DNA of 64,000 nucleotides, taken from Pseudomonadota bacterium. GTDB taxonomy: Bacteria > Pseudomonadota > Alphaproteobacteria > SHVP01. Under the pieces are notes generated by a model that was given only the letters and a program-made list of their open reading frames with translations, was not told where the DNA came from and ran no database searches. The stretch's first letter is position 1; every line of letters begins with the position of its first letter. The position numbers and the translations under genes were made by a program. Location: NCBI GenBank assembly GCA_027622715.1, contig JAQBYN010000015.1, positions 11,745 to 75,744 of the forward strand, read 5' to 3'. Below are positions 30,834-40,340 of the stretch, piece after piece.

Positions 30834-32090
30834 ATGGCGCAGCTTGGCAACGATTGCTTCGCCGCCGGACAGGGCTTGATGACTGCCGCCGACGCGTTGG
30901 CATTTATCGACACCCGAATCGCGCCTGTCGCGGAAATAGAGAGCCTACCGCTTGCCCAGGCCCGTGGTCGAATATTGAGCGATGATCTTGTTGCATCGGG
31001 GAACGTCCCGCCGCATGACAACGCCGCCGTTGACGGTTTCGCGTTTCGATCCGGCGACATCAAGGACGGCGCGCCGACCCGTTTTCGGATCGCCGGCCGG
31101 GCCGCGGCGGGACATCCCGCCACGGCGCCCGCGTCGCCCGACGAGGCGATCCGAATCTTCACCGGCGCCGTGATGCCGGCGGAACTCGACACCATCGCCA
31201 TGCAGGAGGATTGCACCAGCGATGATAGCGAGGTCACGATCCCGCCGGGCCTTCGTCCCGGCGCGAACTGCCGGCAGACCGGAGAAGACATCACGTCGGG
31301 CGCGATCATCCTTCGCGCCGGTCAGATCCTGCGGCCCCAGGACATCGGACTTGCCGCGGCCGCAGGGAATGCCCTGCTGAGCGTTCGCGAGCGTCTACGA
31401 GTAGCGGTGTTTTCGACTGGCGATGAAATCGTCGAACCCGGCGCGCCGCTGCCGGCAGGTGCGATCCACGACGCCAATCGGTATACGTTGATCGCGCTGC
31501 TGGAAGGCATGGGCTGTGCGGTGCGCGACCTCGGCATTCTGCCGGATCAAAGTGCAGCGATCGCTACCGGCCTAACCAGCGCGGCAACCGACAGCGACCT
31601 GGTCGTCACCTCGGGCGGCGTCTCTGTCGGCGAAGAAGATCATGTCCGCGGCGCCGTCGAGAAGCTTGGGCGCCTTCATTTCTGGCGCCTCGCGATCCGC
31701 CCCGGGCGACCGCTCGCACTCGGCCAAATTGGGAATACCGCGTTTGTCGGCATTCCCGGCAACCCGGTCGCGGTAATGGTGACATTCCTGATGTTCGTTC
31801 GCCCCATGGTCCACCGATTGGCCGGTGCCGCGGCGACGCCACCGCGCCGTTTCCCGGTGGCCGCCAAATTCAAATGCGGCAAGAAACAAGGCCGTCGGGA
31901 ATGGGTGCGCGCGCGGCTTGACGGGACGCAAGGCGACCTGCCCGCGGCGAAGCGGTTCGAGCGCGACGGCGCCGGCATTCTTTCATCGATGGTCGAGTCC
32001 GACGGTCTGATTGAACTGGCCGAAGACATTACCCACGTAAGTCCAGGCGATGTCCTGCCGTTTATCCCCTACAGCGAGTTGCTGTCTTGA
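30834..32090 (+). CDS. moeA: Molybdopterin molybdotransferase
   Basis: DNAAVDGFA, RIFTGA, STGDEI, TSGGVSVGEED, IRPGRP, PGNP. Confidence 0.95.
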   Translation: MAQLGNDCFAAGQGLMTAADALAFIDTRIAPVAEIESLPLAQARGRILSDDLVASGNVPPHDNAAVDGFAFRSGDIKDGAPTRFRIAGRAAAGHPATAPASPDEAIRIFTGAVMPAELDTIAMQEDCTSDDSEVTIPPGLRPGANCRQTGEDITSGAIILRAGQILRPQDIGLAAAAGNALLSVRERLRVAVFSTGDEIVEPGAPLPAGAIHDANRYTLIALLEGMGCAVRDLGILPDQSAAIATGLTSAATDSDLVVTSGGVSVGEEDHVRGAVEKLGRLHFWRLAIRPGRPLALGQIGNTAFVGIPGNPVAVMVTFLMFVRPMVHRLAGAAATPPRRFPVAAKFKCGKKQGRREWVRARLDGTQGDLPAAKRFERDGAGILSSMVESDGLIELAEDITHVSPGDVLPFIPYSELLS

Positions 32091-32338
32091 AGGTGCTCTA
32101 TTTCGCATGGCTGCGGCAGCGTGTTGGCGTCGCCGAGGAGACGGTCGACCTGCCCGACGACGTGACGACCGTTGGCGCTATGCTGGCCTGGCTGCGCGAG
32201 CGCAGTGACGCGCATGCGACAGCCCTGGCGGATCTCTCCGTGGTTCGCGTCGCCGTAAACCAGGACTACGCGCGGGACGGTGACCCCGTGGCGAACGGCG
32301 ATGAGGTCGCCCTGTTCCCACCGGTGACGGGGGGCTGA
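32087..32338 (+). CDS. moaD: Molybdopterin synthase sulfur carrier subunit
   Basis: KVLYFA..., ends DEVALFPPVTGG; TTG start overlaps the moeA stop. Confidence 0.95.
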   Translation: MKVLYFAWLRQRVGVAEETVDLPDDVTTVGAMLAWLRERSDAHATALADLSVVRVAVNQDYARDGDPVANGDEVALFPPVTGG

Positions 32339-32339
32339 C

Positions 32340-32801
32340 ATGATTCGGGTTCAGCGCGAGGACTTCGACATCGGCGCCGAACTCGAGGCGCTGACCGCTG
32401 GCAACCATCGCATCGGCGGGATCGCGACGTTCGTTGGGACAGTGCGCGATATTGCCGATGGCCGGCCAATTTCGACCATGACCTTGGAACACTATCCGGG
32501 CATGACGGAAAAGCAGCTCGGCGCAATCGAACAGGAGGCGCGGCAACGCTGGGACCTGGAGTCTTGCCTGATCATTCACCGCTACGGCCGTCTTGAGCCC
32601 GGCGAGCGTATCGTGATGGTGGCGACGACGTCAGCCCATCGCGCAGCTGCGCTAGAATCCTGCGCCTTTCTGATCGACTGGCTTAAGACCAAGGCGCCGT
32701 TCTGGAAACTGGAAGAGACCGACGGTGGTGCACAGTGGGTCGATGCGCACCCCACCGACGAAGACGCCGCGGCGCGCTGGTCCGATCCGTCGAAATCGTA
32801 A
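32340..32801 (+). CDS. moaE: Molybdopterin synthase catalytic subunit
   Basis: FVGTVR, LEHYPGM, IHRYG, SAHR, LKTKAPFWKLE. Confidence 0.96.
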   Translation: MIRVQREDFDIGAELEALTAGNHRIGGIATFVGTVRDIADGRPISTMTLEHYPGMTEKQLGAIEQEARQRWDLESCLIIHRYGRLEPGERIVMVATTSAHRAAALESCAFLIDWLKTKAPFWKLEETDGGAQWVDAHPTDEDAAARWSDPSKS

Positions 32802-32819
32802 CGCCGCCGCGACGCTGAG

Positions 32820-32848
32820 AAAAACGGCCGGGCGCTGGGCCCGGCCGT
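32820..32848 (-). terminator. Rho-independent terminator after ilvE
   Basis: ACGGCCGGGC-GCTGG-GCCCGGCCGT hairpin with an A tract on the + strand (U tract on the - strand). Confidence 0.75.
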
Positions 32849-32872
32849 GGTCATTTTTCGGCTGCGCAGCGT

Positions 32873-33775
32873 CTATTCGGCGGCAACGGCGTCGTTCAAT
32901 GGCCTGCCCCGAACGGTATTTTCGTAATCCGCCATCAGCGTTTGGGTAATCGCCCCCACCGTGAAGATGTGATCGTCGATCGAGCCGACCGGGGTAACTT
33001 CGGCGGCGGTGCCGGTCAGGAATACTTCGGCGGTTTTGCTTAACTCCTCCGGCCCAATGGTGCGCTCGACCACTTGATAGCCGCGCGCCTTGGCCAGCGC
33101 GATGACCGTCTGCCGGGTGATCCCGTCGAGGAAATGGTCGGGCGACGGCGTATGTAGAACGCCGTCTTGAACGAGAAAGATATTTGCCCCCGTCGACTCG
33201 GCAATGTTGCCCCGCCAATCGAGCATGAGCGCATCGTCGTATCCTTCGCGCTCAACCTCATGCTTGGACATCGTACAGATCATGTACAGGCCCGCGGCTT
33301 TGCTTTTGCAGGGCGCCGTGTCGGGTGCCGGCCGCCGCCACCGTGCTGTTTTGAGACGAATGCCCTTGAGGCGTTGCGCCGGATCGAAATAGGACGGCCA
33401 CTCCCACCCGGCGATGGCGACATGGATTTTGGTTTGCTGTGCGGAGACACCCATCATCTCGGAGCCGCGCCACGCGATCGGCCGCAAATACCCGTCGCGA
33501 AAGCCGAGCGCTTGGACAACGTCGCGGCAGGCTTGATCGATGGCGGCGACCGAATACGGCACCTCAAAGCCAAGAATCTTTGCCGAGCCATGCAGGCGTT
33601 CGGTATGCGCCGTCAGCTTGAAGATTTCGCCTTCGTAGACTCGTTCGCCTTCGAAGACCGCGCTAGCATAGTGGAGCGCATGGGTCAGCACGTGTACCGT
33701 TGCGTCGCGCCAGGGAACCAGCGCGCCGTCTAGCCAAATAACACCGTCACGATCATCGAATGGAATAAGAGACAT
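32873..33775 (-). CDS. ilvE: Branched-chain amino acid aminotransferase
   Basis: LHYASAVFEG, YLRP, KAAGLY, ESTGANIF, LDGITR, FLTGTAAE. Confidence 0.95.
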   Translation of the reverse strand: MSLIPFDDRDGVIWLDGALVPWRDATVHVLTHALHYASAVFEGERVYEGEIFKLTAHTERLHGSAKILGFEVPYSVAAIDQACRDVVQALGFRDGYLRPIAWRGSEMMGVSAQQTKIHVAIAGWEWPSYFDPAQRLKGIRLKTARWRRPAPDTAPCKSKAAGLYMICTMSKHEVEREGYDDALMLDWRGNIAESTGANIFLVQDGVLHTPSPDHFLDGITRQTVIALAKARGYQVVERTIGPEELSKTAEVFLTGTAAEVTPVGSIDDHIFTVGAITQTLMADYENTVRGRPLNDAVAAE

Positions 33776-33851
33776 GGCGCCACCGTCAGATGATTAGTTA
33801 TATGACCCTTTCAGGCTCTTTCTTGTAACAATGTAAGCCAGATATGTCAAC

Positions 33852-34346
33852 ATGGCTGACGTAAAATCTTCTATAAACCCACTTTTCCTGCGCGAGGAGG
33901 AGCTCCGACAAGGGATCGAGCTCCTTTTCTACGCCTACCGGGACTTTACCGGTGAACCCGACTCTATCCTCGCGGAATACGGCTTTGGGCGGGCGCACCA
34001 CCGGGCGATCCACTTCATCGACCGCGATCCCGGGATGACCGTCGCGGCGCTGTTGGCGATCTTGCGGATCACCAAACAAAGCCTGAGCCGTGTCCTCGGC
34101 CAGCTGGTGGACGAAGGCTATGTCGAACAGCGCAAGGGCGTCCGCGACCGGCGTCAGCGCCTGCTCTATTTGACCGAAAAGGGCCGCGAACTGGAACGCC
34201 GCGTCTCCGAGCCGCAGCGCGCCCGGGTTGCCCAAGCTTACCGCGAGGCGGGCGCCGAGGCGGTTGAAGCCTACCGAAAGGTCCTTCTCGGCCTGATCAA
34301 TGCGGCGGACCGCGCGGCGGTCCTTCGGTCGATTCAGAAAGGCTGA
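33852..34346 (+). CDS. MarR family regulator (PetP-like)
   Basis: LLFYAYRDFT, GRAHHR, ITKQSLSRVL, DRRQRLL; precedes an OmpR-like regulator as in petPR. Confidence 0.9.
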   Translation: MADVKSSINPLFLREEELRQGIELLFYAYRDFTGEPDSILAEYGFGRAHHRAIHFIDRDPGMTVAALLAILRITKQSLSRVLGQLVDEGYVEQRKGVRDRRQRLLYLTEKGRELERRVSEPQRARVAQAYREAGAEAVEAYRKVLLGLINAADRAAVLRSIQKG

Positions 34347-34347
34347 C

Positions 34348-35031
34348 ATGAATGACGAGGAGGCGGTCCGCCATCTTCTCGTCGTCGACGACGACCGGCG
34401 GATCCGCGAGTTGCTGCAAAAATTCCTAATTGAGCACGGCTATCACGTAACGACAGCGTCCGACGCCCAGGAAGCCCGCCAGCGCATGACCGGGTTCGAG
34501 TTCGACCTACTGATCGTCGACATCATGATGCCGGGTGAAGACGGCCTAACGCTCACCAAGCAATTGCGTACAAAAACCGACGTCCCCATTCTTGTTTTGA
34601 CGGCGCGGGGGGAGCCGGAAGATCGCATCGCCGGATTTGAGTCCGGTGCCGATGATTACCTGGCCAAGCCGTTTGAACCCAGAGAATTGCTGTTGCGGGT
34701 GGCGTCGATTCTGCGGCGCGCCGCAGGGCCGCTTCCGGCAGTCGCCGGGTTGTCGCTGGGACGTTTTTACTTCGACCTCAAACGCAACGAGTTGCGTAGC
34801 GGTGATAAGCCAGTACGCCTGACGTCGACCGAAACCGGCCTCCTAAAAATATTCGCGGCGCAACCAGGTCGCACCATTTCGCGCTACGTGTTGTGCGACA
34901 CCCTGGGGGTTAGCGATCGAACAGTTGACGTCCAAGTCACCCGCCTACGGCGCAAGATCGAAGATGATCCGCGGGTGCCCCGCTACCTTCAGACCGTTTG
35001 GGGTGAGGGTTATGTTCTGCGCCCGGACTGA
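34348..35031 (+). CDS. OmpR family response regulator (PetR-like)
   Basis: VVDDD, DIMMP, GADDYLAKPF, RTVDVQVTRLRRKIE, QTVWGEGY. Confidence 0.94.
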   Translation: MNDEEAVRHLLVVDDDRRIRELLQKFLIEHGYHVTTASDAQEARQRMTGFEFDLLIVDIMMPGEDGLTLTKQLRTKTDVPILVLTARGEPEDRIAGFESGADDYLAKPFEPRELLLRVASILRRAAGPLPAVAGLSLGRFYFDLKRNELRSGDKPVRLTSTETGLLKIFAAQPGRTISRYVLCDTLGVSDRTVDVQVTRLRRKIEDDPRVPRYLQTVWGEGYVLRPD

Positions 35032-35043
35032 ACCGATGTGCCC

Positions 35044-36375
35044 ATGCTGAAACGGATGCTGCCCAAGACGTTGCTCGGGCGATCAATTGCCATCGTCGTC
35101 GCGCCAGTGGTGTTCCTTCAGATCATCCTGGCGATCGTGTTCTTCGACAATCACTGGGATTCGGTCACGCGCCGATTATCGCTCGGCATCGCCGGCGATA
35201 TTTCGATGGTGATCCGGCTACTCGACGGCGCCAATGAAGCCAAGAAGGCAGAGGTTCTGGGCCTCGCCCGCACCTACCTTGATCTGGACGCGGCGGTGAT
35301 ACCGCAAGAGGTTCTGCCGCCCTCGATCACCCGCAATCAGCCGGTATTCAACATTCCAGATCGCATGCTGCACCGCGCGCTCGGCGAGCGCTTGTTTCGC
35401 CCCTACGCGATCGATACCGCCAACTTCGGCGATCGCGTTCAGATTCTGGTGCAATTGCCCGAGGGCGTCTTGCGTATCCTAACCTCGCGCAAACGGCTCG
35501 ATAGCACGACCACGACGATTTTCGTGCTGTGGATGGTCGGGTCGTCTTTGATCCTTCTAGGCATCGCGATCGTCTTCTTGCGCAACCAGATGCGCCCTAT
35601 CTACCGGCTCGCTGATATGGCGGATGCCCTAGGAAAGGGGCGCGAAGTTGCCGATGTGCGCCCCTCGGGAGCGACCGAAATTCGGTTGGCAACGCGCGCC
35701 TTCATGGCGATGCGCGACAGGTTGCGCCGCAGCGTCGAACAGCGAACCGAGATGCTGGCCGGGGTGTCCCACGATCTGCGAACCCCGCTAACGCGCGTCA
35801 AATTGGAACTCGCGCTGGTCGGCAACCAAATCGATGTGTCGAACATTGAATCCGACATCCGCTCCATGGAACAAATGATCGAGGAGTATCTGTCATTTGC
35901 GCGCGGCCAGGACGTCGAGCGTCCGGTCAATACGGACATCGCGGCGCTGCTGCGTGAAGTGACCGATGAGGCGCATCGGCAGGGCCACAGCGTCGCGCTC
36001 CACACCGGCGACAATTTGGCAATCCCGATTCGGCCCAACGCATTTAAGCGCTGCCTCACCAACCTCATCGAGAATGCGATGCACTATGCCGTTTCCGGAA
36101 CCGACGCGCCGCCGCGCGTCGAGATTGCCGCCATCCGTCACCCGGCATTCGTCGAGATCACGGTCGACGATAGCGGGCCTGGGATCGCGGCGGAATATCG
36201 CGACGAAGCGTTTAAAGCCTTCAGCCGCCTGGATTCTGCGCGCCGCTCCGACACCGCCGGGGTCGGCCTTGGTCTGACCATCGCGCGCGATGTCGCCCGC
36301 AGTCACGGCGGCGATCTCACGCTCCACGACTCGCCCTTGGGCGGCTTGCGGGCGTTGATCCGGTTGCCGGTCTAA
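35044..36375 (+). CDS. EnvZ-like sensor histidine kinase
   Basis: 2 TM, HAMP, GVSHDLRTPL, NLIENA, DDSGPGI, GLGL. Start is ATG 35044 or GTG 35038. Confidence 0.93.
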   Translation: MLKRMLPKTLLGRSIAIVVAPVVFLQIILAIVFFDNHWDSVTRRLSLGIAGDISMVIRLLDGANEAKKAEVLGLARTYLDLDAAVIPQEVLPPSITRNQPVFNIPDRMLHRALGERLFRPYAIDTANFGDRVQILVQLPEGVLRILTSRKRLDSTTTTIFVLWMVGSSLILLGIAIVFLRNQMRPIYRLADMADALGKGREVADVRPSGATEIRLATRAFMAMRDRLRRSVEQRTEMLAGVSHDLRTPLTRVKLELALVGNQIDVSNIESDIRSMEQMIEEYLSFARGQDVERPVNTDIAALLREVTDEAHRQGHSVALHTGDNLAIPIRPNAFKRCLTNLIENAMHYAVSGTDAPPRVEIAAIRHPAFVEITVDDSGPGIAAEYRDEAFKAFSRLDSARRSDTAGVGLGLTIARDVARSHGGDLTLHDSPLGGLRALIRLPV

Positions 36376-36379
36376 CGCC

Positions 36380-36733
36380 CTAGAAGAGTCGCCCGCCGTC
36401 GGGCACTGCCAGGTCGACGCCGACCAAACAGATGGCGCCACCGGCATCGGGAAAGCCGAGGACCAAGACCTCCGAACGAACCGGGCCGATTTGACGCAGT
36501 GGGAAGTTGACGACCGCCGCCACTTGGCGGCCGACTAACGCTTCTGGCTGGTAGTGAACCGTAATTTGGGCGGAGGATCGCTTGATCCCAACGTCAGGTC
36601 CAAAGTCGATCTGAAGTTTGTAGGCTGGCTTTCGCGCTTCGGGAAACGCTTCGGCAGAAATGATCGTCCCCACGCGAATGTCGACCTTGAGAAAATCTTC
36701 GATGCCGATCAGCGATGCTGGCGGAGCGCCCAC
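36380..36733 (-). CDS. csaA: tRNA-binding/secretion chaperone CsaA
   Basis: [45 protein letters not shown] start inferred just after the proC stop. Confidence 0.9.
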   Translation of the reverse strand: MGAPPASLIGIEDFLKVDIRVGTIISAEAFPEARKPAYKLQIDFGPDVGIKRSSAQITVHYQPEALVGRQVAAVVNFPLRQIGPVRSEVLVLGFPDAGGAICLVGVDLAVPDGGRLF

Positions 36734-36738
36734 GACGT

Positions 36739-37560
36739 TCAGTCGGCAAGTTCGCGCGACCGCGCGGCAGCAGCCAGAACCGCCCGTGTCATCACGTCCT
36801 GCAGGCCATGGTCGCCCATCAAAACCGACAGGGCCGCGGCCGTCGTGCCCCCGGGGCTGGCAACGTTTTGGCGGAGCGTGGCTGGGCTTGAGCCATCTTC
36901 TCGGCTGAGTGCCGCGGCGCCCTCGACCGTTTCGCGCGCAAGGCGTTCGGCGAGTGCGATGGGCAGGCCCGCGGCCACACCCGCGGCCGCGAGGCATTCG
37001 ATCATGTAAAAGACATAGGCCGGGCCGCTGCCAGAGACCGCCGTGACGGCGTCCATCAACCCCTCGTCGGCGGTCCATGTGACCCCGCCGACCGCGGTCA
37101 TCAGCGTTTCGGCCAGCGCCCGGTCCGCCGCCGTCGCGGCGTCATTGGCACACAGGACCGTTATCCCCCGCCCGATGGCCGCTGGTGTGTTGGGCATGGC
37201 GCGAACAACCGACGCCTCGGGCGTTAGATGGGCGGCGAAAAAGGCGAGCGGCTTGCCCGCGGCGATCGACAAAAATGTCGTCGCAGGTGCGACAAAACGA
37301 CGGTAGGCGGGAACGACCTCGGCCATAACTTGGGGCTTAACCGCAAAGATGACGATGCGCGGCACAAAATTTTGCTCGGTCGCGCTGAGGTCGCCTAGAA
37401 CCCGGACGCCCCGATCCCGCGCGCTGGCGCCGGTCGCGGCTGTCGGTTCGATGACCACCACGTTGGTCGGCGCGACACCGTGGCCTATCCAGCCGTTGAG
37501 CAAGGCGTCGCCCATTTTGCCGCAACCGACGAGAAGGATGGGACCGTCGCGCACGTCCAT
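36739..37560 (-). CDS. proC: Pyrroline-5-carboxylate reductase
   Basis: GCGKMG, AVKP, SIAAG, RAMPNTP, SGSGPAY, SPGGTT. Confidence 0.97.
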   Translation of the reverse strand: MDVRDGPILLVGCGKMGDALLNGWIGHGVAPTNVVVIEPTAATGASARDRGVRVLGDLSATEQNFVPRIVIFAVKPQVMAEVVPAYRRFVAPATTFLSIAAGKPLAFFAAHLTPEASVVRAMPNTPAAIGRGITVLCANDAATAADRALAETLMTAVGGVTWTADEGLMDAVTAVSGSGPAYVFYMIECLAAAGVAAGLPIALAERLARETVEGAAALSREDGSSPATLRQNVASPGGTTAAALSVLMGDHGLQDVMTRAVLAAAARSRELAD

Positions 37561-37571
37561 GTCGGCGCGGT

Positions 37572-38075
37572 TCAGGCTTCGCCTTCGGTCTCGAGCATCG
37601 CCGCGGCAATTGCCTCGTTCGGTCCTTTACCGCCCCACAAAACAAACTGGATGGCGGGGTAAAAGCGTTCGGATTCCCGCAGGCCGACCTCGACGACATC
37701 TTCGAGTTGGGCGCTGGTCGCTTCCGCGCCGCCGGAAAAAACCAAAGCGTGACGGAACATCAACAAGCCTTCATGCGCCCAAAGATCGAAATGGCCGAGC
37801 CAGAGCTTCTCGTTCATCAGCGCCATGAGAGAGTGCACTGCGACGACCTTTTCCTTAGGCACCTTGAGATCGAAGGCACACGAGAACTGGAGCGCCTCGT
37901 GTTCTTGACGCCAGGCAAACCACAAATGGTAGCGGGTCCAACTTCCCTCGACACCGACGTTGAGTTCGTCGTCGGCATGGCGGTCGAATGGCCACTCGTT
38001 GGCGGTGACGATTTGCTCGATGATATCGAGGGGATTGCCGGGGGTTATCACGTCGCTAGCGGTCAACAAAGGCAT
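37572..38075 (-). CDS. YbjN domain-containing protein
   Basis: NPLDIIE, WPFDR, NEKLWLGHFDLW, ERFYPAIQFVLW, LETEGEA: the alphaproteobacterial ybjN type found upstream of proC. Confidence 0.85.
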   Translation of the reverse strand: MPLLTASDVITPGNPLDIIEQIVTANEWPFDRHADDELNVGVEGSWTRYHLWFAWRQEHEALQFSCAFDLKVPKEKVVAVHSLMALMNEKLWLGHFDLWAHEGLLMFRHALVFSGGAEATSAQLEDVVEVGLRESERFYPAIQFVLWGGKGPNEAIAAAMLETEGEA

Positions 38076-38363
38076 TCGCGGCTCCCCCGCATCAGCTTAT
38101 GTCCTAGGATCCGCCCCTGCTGCGGCTGAGCAACAATGTTTCGCCCCGAGGCTCCCAATCGCACGATCTAGTGTCTTTCCCAATCGGCAACCCAAGATGT
38201 ATGCCAAAGCCGTGGACTCCGCGTCAAGCCACCATTCCGAGATTCTCGTTTTGAATCAACAGGCTGCACCCCATTGCTCGACTCGTCCTAAAAACAGTTT
38301 TGCGAGTCGGTTCAATGCGTTAGCTATTCCGAGTCACATGAACGTGGCTCTGGCCCGCCTTTT

Positions 38364-38372
38364 TTATCCACA
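38364..38372 (+). promoter_or_regulatory. Perfect DnaA box
   Basis: TTATCCACA in the intergenic region. Confidence 0.6.
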
Positions 38373-38417
38373 ACTTTTTTGCCAGGATGCCCGTCGTCAG
38401 TCGGAGGACCAATCCAC

Positions 38418-39053
38418 GTGGCCAAAAAGCATAAGAAAAGAACGAAGAGCACGCCGTCCCATCAATCGAAAACGGGGGGTGCGACGCGACGCCGGTCGCG
38501 CGGGCGTTTCCTCAAGCTCAAGACGTGGGAATTAGGTGTCTTGGCAGTCATCGCCGGGTTGGTCATTTGGGCCGTCGCGACAGAATTTTCCGGCGGCGTC
38601 GATGAAACAGCGTTTCTGCGCCTCGCCGCGCAAGGTCGGGAGCGGTTGAGCGACGTCGTTTCAGTGGCCGACGCCGGCAACGCGCATATCCCCGACGCGA
38701 CGTATGCCAGCGACTATCCGACCACTGGGCCGCACAACCCCAATCCATTGAGCCCTGGTTTTTATTCGAGCGAACAGCGCCCGGACCGGCTGGTCCACTC
38801 ACTCGAACACGGCATGATCGTGATCTACTACGACGAACCCGGCGACGACATCGCCGATCAGTTACGCGATTGGGCCGCACTGTATCGGGGCCCGTGGAGT
38901 GGCGTCATTGTCACCAAGAAGAAGGGGCAGGGTCCAGAGATCGTTCTCGCGGCCTGGCGCAACCTGTTGCGTTTGCCGACGTTCGAGCCAACCGGCGCCG
39001 CAGCATTCGTTGATCGATTCCGCGGGCGCGGACCGGAAAACCCCGTTCGCTAG
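38418..39053 (+). CDS. DUF3105-like membrane-anchored protein
   Basis: Basic N-terminus, single TM, YPTTGPH, VHSLEHG, AAW, GRGPE. GGAGG precedes the GTG. Confidence 0.75.
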   Translation: MAKKHKKRTKSTPSHQSKTGGATRRRSRGRFLKLKTWELGVLAVIAGLVIWAVATEFSGGVDETAFLRLAAQGRERLSDVVSVADAGNAHIPDATYASDYPTTGPHNPNPLSPGFYSSEQRPDRLVHSLEHGMIVIYYDEPGDDIADQLRDWAALYRGPWSGVIVTKKKGQGPEIVLAAWRNLLRLPTFEPTGAAAFVDRFRGRGPENPVR

Positions 39054-39059
39054 ACGCTG

Positions 39060-39362
39060 CTAGGTCGCGGGTTTATCGATCACAGGCTTTGCGACTGCCG
39101 CGGGTTTCTTCGCGGTCGCCTTTAGCGCTGCCTCAAGCGCCGTCACCCGCGTGGCCAGTACTTCATTCTGTTCGCGCGCCTTTTGCGCCATTGCCTGGAC
39201 AACCTCGAACTCTTCACGAGTCACCAGCTCCATGTCCGCTAGCCACCGCTGGAACTGGTCTTTGACTTTCGCTTCGATTTCTTCCCGAACACCGCCGACC
39301 GCGCTCAACGCGCCGCCGGCGACCCGGGCAATATCGTCAAAGATGGGATTGTTTGATGCCAT
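39060..39362 (-). CDS. UbiK/BMFP family accessory factor
   Basis: FDDIARV, LVTREEFEVV, coiled-coil; divergent from lgt. Confidence 0.85.
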   Translation of the reverse strand: MASNNPIFDDIARVAGGALSAVGGVREEIEAKVKDQFQRWLADMELVTREEFEVVQAMAQKAREQNEVLATRVTALEAALKATAKKPAAVAKPVIDKPAT

Positions 39363-39521
39363 GGGTTCCTCCGCGTTGTCGAGCGACTATAGGACCGCGC
39401 AACCGAACGGTGAAGCCGCCGGGTTTTCACCCCAGCGTGACGCGTCTCGACTTGGTTTAACCCCGGTGTTTGCCTATTTTCACGACACCCTGACAACCGC
39501 TGGCCAGCAAAGTGAGCGCCG

Positions 39522-40340
39522 ATGATCCTGAGCGCCCTGCCCTTCCCGACCATCGATCCGGTTCTGATCGCGATCGGCCCTTTCGCGATCCGTTGGTATG
39601 CCATCGCCTACATCGCGGGGATTGTGCTGGCTTGGCGGCTTGTTTTGCAGCTGATCCAGCACGGAAACACGGCGCTGAGCCGCAAGGACGCGGACGATTT
39701 CGTGGTTTGGGCCACGGTCGGCATCATCCTGGGTGGGCGGTTGGGCTATGTCCTGTTTTACCGGCCCGAATTCTACCTTTCCCATCCCGTCGAAATCCTC
39801 TTCATCTGGCAGGGCGGCATGTCCTTCCACGGCGGCCTACTTGGGGTGACCGGGGCGATTATCCTGTTTTGCCGAAAGCGCGGGCTCCGTCTCTTCGCGG
39901 TTGCCGACTTGATCGCCGTTGCGGGCCCCGTCGGCTTGTTCTTTGGCCGCATTGCTAACTTCATCAATGCCGAACTATTCGGCCGCGCCACAGACCTGCC
40001 CTGGGGAGTCGTCTTCCCCACCGGGGGCCCCCTGCCCCGCCACCCGAGCCAGCTCTACGAAGCCGGCCTCGAAGGCATCGTGTTGTTTGGGATTCTTATC
40101 GCGCTGTATTTCGCCACCACGATCCGTCATCGACCAGGGCTCATGACTGGGGTTTTTGTGGCGGGTTACGCGGCGGCCCGGTTGTTCGTTGAGATGTTCC
40201 GCGAACCGGACGCGCATCTCGGCTTTCTGGCCGGCGGCATCACGATGGGTCAAGTCCTGTCAGTGCCGTTGCTGCTGTTCGGCATCTTCATGATCGGCCT
40301 GGCGATGCGCCGCGCGCCCACGGTGCCCGGCCTCCGGTGA
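39522..40340 (+). CDS. lgt: Prolipoprotein diacylglyceryl transferase
   Basis: IRWY, GGRLGY, GGMSFHGG, GRIANFINAELFGR, RHPSQLYE, FREPD. Confidence 0.97.
   Translation: MILSALPFPTIDPVLIAIGPFAIRWYAIAYIAGIVLAWRLVLQLIQHGNTALSRKDADDFVVWATVGIILGGRLGYVLFYRPEFYLSHPVEILFIWQGGMSFHGGLLGVTGAIILFCRKRGLRLFAVADLIAVAGPVGLFFGRIANFINAELFGRATDLPWGVVFPTGGPLPRHPSQLYEAGLEGIVLFGILIALYFATTIRHRPGLMTGVFVAGYAAARLFVEMFREPDAHLGFLAGGITMGQVLSVPLLLFGIFMIGLAMRRAPTVPGLR

Noticed and set aside
36734..37078. Long N-terminal extension of CsaA (232-aa ORF)
   Set aside because: It is an alternate frame of the proC 3' end; CsaA similarity starts only after the proC stop.
38076..38417. Chromosomal origin of replication
   Set aside because: Only one perfect DnaA box, no clear AT-rich unwinding element and none of the usual oriC-flanking genes; kept only as a regulatory finding.
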